Shown here: in pieces, positions 10,127-22,275 of the stretch
Layout of the letters: each line of letters begins with the position of its first letter
Position numbering within the stretch: the first letter of the stretch is position 1
Source: Antedon mediterranea
Lineage: Eukaryota; Animalia; Echinodermata
Direction: 5' to 3'
Assembly (NCBI RefSeq): GCF_964355755.1
Contig: NC_092672.1
Span: 11,160,001-11,224,000, forward strand
DNA length: 64,000 nt
The notes under the pieces: generated by a model
Seen by the model: only the letters and a program-made list of their open reading frames with translations
Told to the model about the DNA's origin: nothing
Databases searched by the model: none
Position numbers and translations under genes: made by a program

Positions 10127-13100
10127 ATGGATGTTGGAGGTCGTGTAAAGGTATGTTCATTGTTATTAGTGGATCAGGTGCCGTTCTCGGCCACCTCGAC
10201 TTGTATGGACTATACCATTATAAAAAGATGGGAAAATAGGGGTGTCCCATTTATTAATTGAGTGTGTTAAAATACTTTTGCTTTTGTTCTTTTGTTTTTC
10301 TTGTTGTTTCAGCAACAAAGGGAAAACAACTACGCCCTGCATGCTGTAGAATTAATTTCAGTTTTCAAGTTAATGCAGTATATTATGGCTCTTTATTTCT
10401 ATATAATTTTTACAGATTTATAGATACAGAAAGTAGGCCTATATAATTTATAAAGAAAGTTTTTATTCCAGTTACAAATAAAAAATATAATTTACCTAAC
10501 GATAACTCAGTAGTACATTTAATAAAGATGACAGTAGTATATTTATCACATACTGATTATTAGGTAATCAGTAAAACAAATAAACATTATAATTTTGTCA
10601 ATGAATCTGTACCATTTTGTTCCCAGAAAACACAGCGTTTGACATTGCATGTTTTTAGGTTTGGTCTTTCTAAAATGTTTTAAACACGTTTTTAAACGTT
10701 TCTGTGTAGAAATACATGTTCTAATTGAACAACGTTTGCATCAAAACGTTATAATAGCGAATGCAAAACGGAGCTGATAATGTCGCCATGAAGTGGATTG
10801 ATTGGTGTCTTCCAATATCAGGGAATAATTTCGCCAGTGTAGCATAGCAAAAAGCTATACAAAACAACCTTAATGCTACACATTTCTAAAATTGTGTAGC
10901 AAAAAAGACAATACAAAACTATGTTTCTCGACTAAAAAATCAGTTTGATTAGCAATAATTGCTAAACAAAATTTTAAAATGAAATTTTTCCCTGAATATA
11001 GCATGGAATACATCGGCAAGCCGTTAGCTGTAGAACGAGTCAAGCATTTGCATACTAGACAAACCAATTACTTTCCCCGCTCTACCCAGCACCTTCTCAA
11101 TTCGGTCTTTATCCCCTTACATTTCCTTACTGATATTCCCAGCCCAGTATACAATATGCCCAAATAGAACATCACTGATTAGTAAAACATAAACATTCTA
11201 TAGTACAAATATCCTGCTTTACCCCAAAGAACCGAGTTTCCTCAAGCAGTACAGCCTTGTAATTAACTTCTTAACTACCATCATGTCCACCCATTTAGCT
11301 TTAGTCAAACACTACTGCCAGATACTTATAATTGTTAACAATCTCTACTTCCTTTACTTTAATTAATGTATACTGTCAGACCAATTATGTTTTCGAAAAT
11401 CAATCCTTATTTCTTTCGTTTTATTTATGTTTAGTTCAAGAAAATAAAAAATATGATTTATCTACCGATAGGATTGGGCCGATTAGAATGCATTTGCCAA
11501 CATTCTTTTACATATTTCACAACATTATAGAGTTTAGGTAATTTAACCGATTGTAATGTAGTATTTAGGATAGTTTAATATCGATTGTACTGTAGTATTT
11601 AGGATGTTTTAATTCCGATTGTATTGTAGTATTTAAGATTTTCTAATTTCGAATCCGATTGTACTAAAATTTAAAGTGTTTAAATCCAGATAGGAATAAC
11701 ATAGGCCTAGTATTAAATATGCTTTAATTTTTTATTATACTGTAGTGTTTAGTTTAGTTTTTATATATAATACGTAAGTATACCTACTTATATAGTTTTT
11801 ATTTATTTATTCATAGGAATCACCTTTATATCGGTGTCACACACATTTATCAGTTAATGGTGCATCCAATTAGGCATACAGACAAAATTACAAATAACAT
11901 AAGCCACAAAGTTCTAAATACTAATACATAACATCAAAACAAAATGTAAACTAATTAATTAATTAGATCTGTATGAAAATACATAATACGTAAATTGTAC
12001 AATATATATAACTACAAAAATAAAAACAGAACAACAAAAATACAGGATAGGCCTAAGAAATAAATAAAACTTACAGATACATCCTCATAGAGATGTCTGT
12101 AGCTTGTTTACTATATTAAGATTTTTCCTAATGTTTCATTTTCAGTGAATAAATTTTGTCTAGCATAAAGTGGTGTTTTAATTCCTGAGGTCCAAAATTA
12201 AAATTATCCCAGTCACCGGGATAATTTTAATCGTACATACTTAATTATTGTCTAACAGAGTTTAATGAAGGACATTTAAATAAAAAATGGTTTACTGTTT
12301 CTTTTTTGTTAGTACTGTACACATCTTACATAATCCTGTGTCCTCAAGATCTAGAGAGTTAATTTTGATCTTTCTTTAAATTTTAAATTGATACTCTTAA
12401 AATTAGTTTTATCTAACAAATATTGTTCAAGGTTTGGTTCCTTTATACATGGTATATTCTGTTAACGTTGTTTTGGATGGAATTTTGTTTTGCTTTGGGC
12501 CTTTGAAAACCACTCGTTATGATCAACTTGTTTATTATTTTTCCTAAATGGCTTTATCCAGTTAGTAGATGGTTCTTCATTAAATTTGTCTATAAAATTT
12601 GTTTTATTTAAAATATCTTTAGTTGATATAGTAATTGTTACAAAATCTTGGCATTCCCTATAATAACACAGTACCTAATAATAACATGCCTTATAAAAAG
12701 TACATGCATTGCTAGTTTTTGATGTTCTGTATTGTTCCTTGTAGTTTGTACTGTAGGTTACATAACAGAACAATTGTATTGTCTTCCCATTCAATAGACA
12801 CCCTTCTCTACATAAAACATAATACACCACACCCCTATCATAATAATGGTATAGTCCATATAAGTCGAGGTGGCCGAAAACGGCACCTGATCCGTTATTA
12901 GTTAGTAAAATTTCATAATAATGAATAATTTAATTTAACATTAACATTAACAAACAACATTACATTTATTGTTTTGTTGTTAATGTTAATAGGCCCACCA
13001 ACCACAAGCAAGGGCCTAACTAATCTAAGTATGATGATACTAACTATATGTTATGTTTTATATTAGGCTGTGCCTACAAACTACATACAGTAGCCCAATA

Positions 13101-16100
13101 GGCACCGGCCAAGCTAGCTACTGTACTATCTGATCGCACCTGTAATGTAATATCCTGCCATGTACAGTAGACCTATATTAGCCTACTTTCTATTTAGTTG
13201 GTGTTGCTAGTAGGCCCCGTTAACAATTATTTAATTTCTAATATAATGTAGGCTTGGCAAGGTCTACAGTAGCTCGCCTAACTAGCTAGTTAGTAATAGT
13301 ATTAGGTACAGTACAGGTAGGCCTACTCATTTTTGAAAAACTTGATTGAATCAACATTCAAAATGTCAATATCTTTATATATTAAAATATTATTATTAAT
13401 TATGCCTAGCCTACTATCTAACCAGTGCCTTAGCTTTGTGCGGCCTAATGCAAAAAGTGAAGCTTTATTGAATTGTTGTCGTGTTACTTGTACAACAACA
13501 CAAACAATTTTCAGATTAATTTGATTTTTCAATTTATTTGTAGGAGATAATTTAAACTTGTATTGGTAACAATACTACAGTACAGTTTTCCTCCTTTGTA
13601 ATCCACAGGGTGTCACAATAGTAAAGCCAGTTGTATATGGCAATGTTGCCCGATATTTTGGAAAGAAAAGAGATGAGGACGGGCACACTCATTCATGGAC
13701 TGTCTACATTAAGCCTGTTAAAAATGAAGATATGTCCACTTATATCAAGAAGATCCAGTTTAAGCTACATGAAAGCTATGCAAGTCCTATCAGAGGTAGG
13801 CCTACAGTATCAGACATGAGCAAGAGTTGGGGACAGTTAATAAGTTAGGCCAACTACATGGTTCTCAACAACAACAACAACAACAAATTGGATTTTATCC
13901 CCAGAATTCGTTCACTATTAGCATGTTATTTCAACTCAAGGTTATAAGTGCATGGCAATTTAGCTAGGTCTAAACTTTGAGATTAACATTAATTATGGCA
14001 TAATTATTTTTGAAATTGTATTAACCGAAGAGAAATGAGACTTTTATATCATTTTCATCATCAATCTCAGTATTTATTTCTTTAAAAACGTAGAAGAAAA
14101 GTTGTGCCAAATTTCACACATGAGTGACTTGATGATAACCATGCTTGCCATCCATTTCTCTTTGTTATAAAGCCTCAACTTCCTCCACGTCATAACTGTA
14201 TTCTAGAAAGATTTTCTACAAATAATTTTTTTCATACTTACTGTATAAATTATGCTAGTTATAATAACTGCTTTTGTAAAATGTATCTACCCACATTATA
14301 AGAAACTGATTTTCAATTTTGTATTTATTTATTTTTTTTTATACTGTTGTAAAATATTATGACCTCTGAATTGGCACATGATATATGCAATTGATGTTTG
14401 GGTTTTTTTATTTATATTTTTGTAAATTTTCTGTTTTTAGTTGTGACAAAACCACCATATGAAATCACAGAAACTGGATGGGGTGAATTTGAGATCGGCA
14501 TAAAACTATTTTTCATTGATCAAAATGAGAGACCGGTAAGTAGATACAATTTCTAATGCAATGCTTTGTGCCAAGTTTCATCTTTAGCTTTACTCAAAGC
14601 CTGAATATTGAAGAAAGGTATTTATAGTCCATCATGCAGACCTCTCAGCTTGGAAAAATAAAATATCAGGAGGTTTTATTGTTCTAACTATAGAGGGCAC
14701 CATAACACTACATCAAACCATAGAGGGTGCTATGAAAAACCAAAAAACATCTACTGTATAATAAAATCACTTATTATTAAACAACACAAGAATTGATTAT
14801 AAACAGTATACGGACCGATATCATTATGTTTTCTATTCTCTTATCAATATATAGAGTAGTGGAAATTATAAATGTATACGTATCGAAAGAATTTTTTTGT
14901 TTAGCCAAAATATCGGGAGAAATTGCATTTTAACAAGAGAGCGCGAGATGAGTTGAAATATCGGGAGACTCCCGCGGCGCCCGGGAGAGAACATGACACT
15001 GGTCTGTAGTGTACAGTAAAATGTTTATATGATTTTGATTTATAAAGCTAAACTATTTTGACATGCACCCCTAGATTACCCAGGATCTGCCCCTAGATTA
15101 CCCCAGGATCTGCCCCTAGATTACCCAGGATCTGCCCCTAGATTACCCCAGGATCTGCCCCTAGATTACCCCAGGATCTGCCCCTAGATTACCCCAGGAT
15201 CTGCCCCTAGATTACCCCAGGATCTGCCCCTTGATTACCCCAGGATCTGCCCCTAGATTACCCCAGGATCTGCCCCTAGATTACCCCAGGATCTGCCCCT
15301 AGATTACCCCAGGATCTGCCCCTAGATTACCCCAGGATCTGCCCCTAGATTACCCCAGGATCTGCCCCTAGATTACCCCAGGATCTGCCCCTAGATTACC
15401 CCAGGATCTGCCCCTAGATTACCCCAGGATCTGCCCCTGTAATGAAAAGTACTGTAGTGTAATAGGTTAGCACAGGAGTAAGCCTACTATAACCCTTTCA
15501 ATTGACCTCATGTAAAAACTGTACGGCAGATAACTATGATAATGATTAGCATTTTTCTTTTTCAGGTTACTCTATATCATTTTCTGAAGTTATTTCAGAC
15601 AGATCCCAATGTCATTGCAGGAGGCAATACCGTTGTTTCTGAACATTATGATGAAATAGTCAGTATATAATAGTATATTTTTTTTCATGATAAGGCTTAA
15701 CAAAATCTACTAAATGAGAGAAAATGTATGGTTGTTACGTATTACTATTATAGGAATATTTGGTATTACAGCATCTCATTTATATAACATGTGATCCCTG
15801 CATCATGTTAGGTTTGGTTAAGGTTGGATTACTGTACTAGATACATGTGAAACACATGTCATATTGTATTACCAAATGTTCCTATGATACTTCGGAAATA
15901 GATACAGTACTGGGAATCTGGTTAATTGAGAATTAAAATTGATTAAACTAAAAATTAAATTGTTTCCTCCAACTGGACATACTGTCCTATGCCTAGGCTA
16001 CCCCTGTTATACAAATCGTTTGTTTTTGCATGAGTGAATGTTCAATAGCGCCATCTATTTTATTGTATATTTCTGCTTAGTAGTCATTGACCACAAAATC

Positions 16101-16745
16101 AGAAAATAGTTCAAATTATCTGAAACAGACCGCCCCTTTGAGTCTGTCTGATTTTTTTTTATAAGTATTTGCACATTTTCTGTATTTTATACGATCGAGA
16201 ACTGAATATTCGTCATTTATGCTTCACTTTCAGATCTTTCAAGACCCAACAGCAATGATTCAACAGTTACTTACAAGTTCACGTGCTCTGACGTTAGGGG
16301 CGCACAAACATGAAACCGATTGTAAGCAAAATTAGAGTTATATTTTCTTTGTTTTTTTCATTTTAACATCTACTAAAATTAAAGAAATATTTTTTTTTTT
16401 TCAGAATGTATTCATTAATTTTTTAATTTATCAAAATATTTTTTTGTTTAAACTTTCCTGAATGATCTTTTGTTGAATAGTGAAAAATGAAATATAACAT
16501 TCAAATAACATTCTATAAAATTAAAAACAATGTAATAATAACTAATTATTTATGTTTTGATTCATTTAGTCGTGGAACTAGAGAGTAAGACATTGAATAC
16601 GTTACAGTCTGCTAGAAAGAAGATAAGATCGGATATCTCAGAATTAAACGAACAACTTAAAAAGAGCAAAGAAGCTATCACAAAATTCAAGGATGAAATC
16701 AAAAAGCTAGAAGAACTGGAACAAGCTAAAGAAAAAAATGGATGA
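10127..16745 (+). CDS. YEATS4: YEATS domain-containing protein 4 (GAS41), 220 aa; exons 10127-10150, 13609-13795, 14441-14535, 15566-15658, 16234-16321, 16570-16745
   Basis: MDVGGRVK|[36 protein letters not shown]...[16 protein letters not shown]|[19 protein letters not shown]...|[10 protein letters not shown]...YDEI|IFQDPTAM... then a C-terminal coiled coil. All introns GT-AG, 663 nt in frame; AATAAA at 17312. Confidence 0.97.
10990..11320 (-). mobile_element. Rex1/Babar-like LINE fragment inside the MULE
   Basis: Degenerate translation [15 protein letters not shown]...YWAGNISK...[15 protein letters not shown]. Confidence 0.6.
11549..11670. repeat. ~32-34-bp degenerate tandem repeat, about 4 copies
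   Basis: Unit CGATTGTA(A/C/T)TGTAGTATTTAGGAT...TTTAAT. Confidence 0.7.
11950..12700 (-). mobile_element. LINE ORF2 C-terminal fragment inside the MULE
   Basis: [28 protein letters not shown] (CCHC knuckle of non-LTR ORF2) at ~12262-12342. Confidence 0.6.
15068..15438. repeat. 23-bp minisatellite, ~16 copies, in YEATS4 intron 3
   Basis: Unit CCCCTAGATTACCCCAGGATCTG, almost invariant. Confidence 0.97.
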
Positions 16746-17373
16746 ACTTTTAGTTTAGTATCAAAATGGAATTTTTTCTTCCCCCACAGCATCTAGCTAT
16801 GACTATACCCCGTTCAGGGTGTATCGAAATCCAAGTTTTCCACTATTTTAAAACATTCTGTACATTTACTAGTTACTAATGTACTGACTTACTACTTGGA
16901 ATTATAATGTGATTTAAACAACGATGCATTGTTTACTGCAAGGTGCAGAGGGCGTGAAATGATGTGACCAAACAGCTTATAAACGTCACTGACCACGTCT
17001 ATAGCTGTACAATATTCTTCCACATATGTAGCATTATGACCCAAACATTCTGTAGAAAGTGTGTAGGTTTATATTATTTACTGTTGATCTGCTTCCACTC
17101 ATGATTAAGTGTATAACACCAGAGCTTGTTTATCATGCAAATTAAACATAATTGAGTTTAGTAAACCAAATCATTACGCACAACACTAATATCTTCGTTG
17201 CTATGAAACTGAAAACTGAATTTTATTGTTCAAGACTAGTACACTGGCGTCAAAATATTTACACACAGATATTAATATGCATTTTAAATAATGCAGCTGA
17301 TGAACCAGATGAATAAAATTAATATAAGTTCACTGTAATCGACATTTTGTTTATTTATAACATTGCTTCTTAA

Positions 17374-17990
17374 AGGCCAATTTACACAGACGAGCGGTAA
17401 AGTTGAGCGGAAAACGCAAAAATAGAATCTATGTTATTTCTTATGACCATTTACACAGAACGCGGAGCGGACGAGCGGTTGAGCGGAAATCCGCTCAGGA
17501 TTGAAACAGATTCGATTTTGTGAAATTACCGCGCGGTAATTATGAATTCTGGCCAACCAACGATATGATTGAAATGACGTCATCTATAAACAACTTTTTT
17601 TTTGCGTCTGTCGAGTCAAAGACGACAATAAATACGAGTGCCGTAGTAGGCCTAGCCTATTTTGCAACTTCTTTTTATTCAGAAATACAAACACCTACGA
17701 CGTGAATAATTGTTTGTATAAGGATAGTGAAAAGAAAATATACATTTTAGTACGTTATTAGGCAACAAGTCCCTCTAAAACTTAGATCTGTGTGTGCTAG
17801 GCCTACTGACAGTCAGTCACACCCAGGCCAGCAGTGACTGTAACATGCATTAGCCTCGAGGCCTACACGACGCACCTGCTTTCCACCACTCCGTTCGCGA
17901 ACTCCGCGCGCTGTGTAAATGGAAAAAGCCACGCGGTTTTTCGCTTACAATTACCGCTTACCGTTACCGCTCGTCTGTGTAAATTGGCCT
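17374..17990. mobile_element. PIF/Harbinger-type MITE, followed by a second terminal fragment (17994-18027)
   Basis: 27-bp TIR AGGCCAATTTACACAGACGAGCGGTAA; flanked by TAA and TTA. Confidence 0.8.
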
Positions 17991-18461
17991 TTAGGCCACT
18001 TTACACAGCTCCAGACGAGCGGTAAAGATTAGTGGGAAACTACCCCATTTTAGTTTGCACATTCAAGGGAAGATGCAGCTCAAACATTATTTATTCACAA
18101 AGAAAGTTTCAAGTAAATAAATAATAAACCAACCACAAAGGTGAGTGACCAGGTAAATATATGGACAGTGTATTTTGAAGGACTATTTGTACTACCGACT
18201 ATCGGCAACAGATGAGATGATATATATTCCATCTGCTGAAAACAATCTTCAAATCAACTTTGATACCAACGACTGGAGAAGATCAATAAAAGCCATACAA
18301 CATCTTGGGCCGTGTTCATGAAAGCGTACTAACTTTATTCATGGACTTTAGTTAGTGAAAACGTTTTGTTCCCTACGAAAACTTTTTTTTAAATGCGATA
18401 TAGTCTATTCAAAGCCTCTTTATTCATTTTTCATGTTTTTTGGGATCGGAAAGTACATCAT

Positions 18462-20313
18462 TGTCACGAACTCCTCTCACGTATGTTTCCGAGCGGTTGA
18501 AAATACTTTAGGAACTCCCTTGTGACATAAAAGTATACACACAAAATCCACAAAGTTGTAAAATAACTCAAAAACAAAGCTTTAATTTCAATCAACTTCA
18601 ACTTTTAACAATCCAGTAAGCACTTTAAACAACAGCTTCACAATAACTTTACAATATAACATCCAACCTCTAATCCAACCTCTAATCCAACAACCTTACA
18701 ATAGTTTACATCCCTTTATATACAAGATGCTCCTATCCTTCTAGATCATTCTTTATACTTCTCATTATTACATGATTACAGTTTCTATTAATAGCACTTC
18801 TGGAATGTTCTTGATTGTTCTTATTAATTATACATGGTTTCTTAAATCAAAACATCTTATTCTAGAATGTTCATGTAAATACTATGTTACTCTATGTTTT
18901 AGGGAATGGTAATTTATTACACTCCCCCCTCTTTCTGAGCTCAAAACTCTTTCTTGGAGTTTTGAAGGGCAAGTATACACGAAAGTGGCAAAAGTTAACC
19001 CACTCCTATTCTATAAAACTTAAATACGCCATAATAACATACAACATAATCATTAATAATTACTAATAATGAACAAACAATATTCATGTAAATTTGTCGG
19101 AATGGGTCACTAACAATTACTGACATAGGAATCATAAAATCCTTAAATTTAGTTTTATACTTTGAGGCTTTACAATACTCTGTCAACGAAATATCATGTG
19201 AACATTTCAAAACACTATTACTGCAATGATATAAAACCAGTAATTTCTCTATGGGTTCTGTCTGGTGTTTAGTAAAAACATGCCTAAATAAAATTCCGTC
19301 CTTACAGACCGTCATATCTTCCCGACATAAACCTTCTTTCCTTTCAATATCTTCCCGATGTAAACGTTCTTGGTTATCCATCATCTGCTGCATCAGAAGA
19401 CTCTGTTGTTGTATTTGTTGCTTCATTAACAACACTAAAAAGTCTGTACTGCTGTACACTTTACCGGATATTGTTGTTGATTGTTTATCAGCCATATTTT
19501 AAATCTGGATGAGGGTCTTGTTACTAGTTAATCGTAGTTACCGAGACGTTCACAAGTCTACTGTTCCAAATAAATAATGTACTGTTCTTAAAACAATGTT
19601 TGTGTACTTACGATTAAACAAAACGTAGCACTGCGGCTTCCGTAAAATATCACAGTATCGTAAGTACCGCTTTCACAAAATATCAATAAAGTACAGTTGA
19701 TCCTAAAACAGCCACCAATCTATGGCAAAATACAGTAGATCAAACTGCTACCACAAAATATCACAACCGTAGATAAATACACAGTTAAGTCGAACAGTAG
19801 ATCGAAATAACCGCTGCCACCAAATTAGGCTGAACACCGCTGCCACCAAATTATGTCACGAACTCCTCTCACGTATGTTTCTGAGCGGTTGAAAATACTT
19901 TAGGAACTCCCTTGTGACATAAAAGTATACACACAAAATCCACAAAGTTGTAAAATAACTCAAAAACAAAGCTTTAATTTCAATCAACTTCAACTTTTAA
20001 CAATCCAGTAAGCACTTTAAACAACAGCTTCACAATAACTTTACAATATAACATCCAACCTCTAATCCAACCTCTAATCCAACAACCTTACAATAGTTTA
20101 CATCCCTTTATATACAAGATGCTCCTATCCTTCTAGATCATTCTTTATACTTCTCATTATTACATGATTACAGTTTCTATTAATAGCACTTCTGGAATGT
20201 TCTTGATTGTTCTTATTAATTATACATGGTTTCTTAAATCAAAACATCTTATTCTAGAATGTTCATGTAAATACTATGTTACTCTATGTTTTAGGGAATG
20301 GTAATTTATTACA
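18462..20313 (-). mobile_element. Miniature (TRIM-like) LTR retrotransposon, Gypsy-derived
   Basis: Two 460-bp TG...CA LTRs (18462-18921, 19854-20313), 5-bp TSD ATCAT, PPT AGAAAGAGGGGGGAG adjacent to 18921, PBS TGGTGGCAGCGGTG (tRNA-Leu 3' end) next to 19854. Confidence 0.95.
18995..19495 (-). CDS. 166-aa ORF of the LTR element: Gag-like coiled-coil start joined to a pol pre-integrase-like fragment
   Basis: Q-rich helical N-terminus, then KDGILFR...EKLLVL...SVLKCSHDI, resembling the segment before the Gypsy integrase HHCC. Confidence 0.45.
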   Translation of the reverse strand: MADKQSTTISGKVYSSTDFLVLLMKQQIQQQSLLMQQMMDNQERLHREDIERKEGLCREDMTVCKDGILFRHVFTKHQTEPIEKLLVLYHCSNSVLKCSHDISLTEYCKASKYKTKFKDFMIPMSVIVSDPFRQIYMNIVCSLLVIINDYVVCYYGVFKFYRIGVG

Positions 20314-20638
20314 ATCATCAAAAATCAAGCAAATTAAAAAAAGCCGACTTATACAATTTCATGAAAAAAAGTTTTGTAACTGTATTATTAATAGTATTAC
20401 ATTTTACATTCGTATTAGTGTTTTTCAATTGCTGTAGGCCTATATTAAATTTATATTAGAAGGAGCCACGCCATGTCACCGAACAGAAAAGAGGGCGAGT
20501 TGGGTTGGGATGTGACTGAATTACCAATCATGTGGTCGAAGCTGATAACATTTCCTGTTCTGTTGGTTGGAGTAGCCTTGGAATGGAGGAAAATGTGTTG
20601 GGTGCAAGTTTCTATTTATGTTTGATCTTCAGTTTTGT

Positions 20639-21135
20639 CAAAGAACTTATAACACAAGAATCTCCTGTTCTTCAATTTGCATTAAAAACACAGTATCGGA
20701 AGTACAGGATTAAAAGGTCAAACTGTGCGACGCCATTTCACAGCATGGAGCAGCGCCCCCTCCAAACTAGGAAGTCAATTACTCTACCCCCCTAGAGTAT
20801 TAGCAGATCCCCTCTATGATTTTGACTTTCTAATTTGATGCGGGCGCTCTACTCCTCAGTCAATTACTCTATCCCCCTAGAGTATTAGCAGATCCCCTCT
20901 ATGATTTTGACTTTCTAATTTGATGATGCGGGCGCCCTACTCCTCAGTCAATTACTCTATCCCCCTAGAGTATTAGCAGATCCTCTCTATGATTTTTACT
21001 TTCTAATTTGATGCGGGCGCCCTACTCCATGGCTAACAATGGCGCCACCCATTATCTCTATTCTATCCCACAATGCCTTTCGAAATTGTTAGGCGCTTCG
21101 GACGAACAGGAGATTCTTGTGTTATAAGTTCTTTG
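20639..21135. mobile_element. P-element-type MITE containing 3 tandem ~85-bp units (20774-21030)
   Basis: 32-bp TIR CAAAGAACTTATAACACAAGAATCTCCTGTTC; 7-bp TSD GTTTTGT (20632-20638, 21136-21142). Confidence 0.8.
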
Positions 21136-22275
21136 GTTTTGTGTAGTACAGTATTCCTGTTCGTCCTCAGCAATCAGGTTGATGAGGTAGGAATTCCCAA
21201 GGAATTCTCCAGCCTCTCTCCCGGAAGCACACAACCAATGATGTTGACACTACAGGTTCAAACCAAAATTTAGTTTTACGGGGGAGTAAACGGGATAAAC
21301 TTCAAATAGGCCTACCTTATAATTCACTTTACCATCATACCAATATATATATTTTTTTAGAAAAAATTAACTGATAATTATTCGATAAAAAAACATTTCT
21401 GTTAACATGTGTCTTAACCGATTCCATTCAGTTAGTTAAACTAATAATGAGATACTTATCTGATTCAAATGATTCAGATAATGTCTGTGTAAATGTATTC
21501 TGTAAACTTTAACCAGGACGTAAAATAATTCTTATTATAATAAATGATCATCATTGATCACGTTTTTTGTTGGATGATCAGATTGGTTAAAAAAATTTTA
21601 ACTGATATAATTTCTGTCAAAAACTAACATAAAACACATTCATTATAAAATGTGATTTTCATGATCCGGATGAACATAATGATAATATAAAATATAATAA
21701 TATAATAGGATAGTTATAGCACCTTCTATTTCGATTTAAATTCAAGGTTTCAATGTTGCGGTCCGCCTTGAAGTTCCTGTAGTTTACCATCTTGAGGGTT
21801 GATTCAAGAAAAAGGGAAGAAATTAAGTAATCAAAGTAAATTAAAAGTTTCTTTCGGGTCTGAACACTTTCCGATTAATTCCGTGTGTTTACATTTAGAC
21901 AACTTTACGACAACTTCGTTCTTTGGCCGAAACATCTTACGATATTGACAACTACTTTATTCCGGTTTAAATTTTTCCGCCGGAATGACGTCCATGGATT
22001 AACCTCTCACGTAATTATCTATCTCTTGCGCCGCGTGCGGCGCTATACAATCTTTGCCTTTTTAGCATTCAATACATTGTCCAGTGCACGTCTGCTGCGT
22101 TTGCGTACACTAATGTTCATTCGCGCGCATCATTCGCTGATGTTGGTTGTTCCACTCGGCCCCACGGTACGCGTGCAGCATTTTACAAATGATGCATAGA
22201 AGATTAGTCTAGGCCCTAGGCCTAGTTAAGTTCGGAAACTGTAAAACAACTATATAAAACAGCTATATAATTAAA

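Larger units (their letters stand above)
10171..12893. mobile_element. Mutator (MULE)-type non-autonomous element in YEATS4 intron 1
   Basis: ~50-bp TIR GGATCAGGTGCCGTT(C/T)TCGGCCACCTCGACTT... and perfect 9-bp TSD GTTATTAGT (10162-10170, 12894-12902). Confidence 0.85.

Noticed and set aside
14634-15010. Possible hAT MITE with CGGGAGA subterminal motifs
   Set aside because: TIR match is weak and no TSD was found
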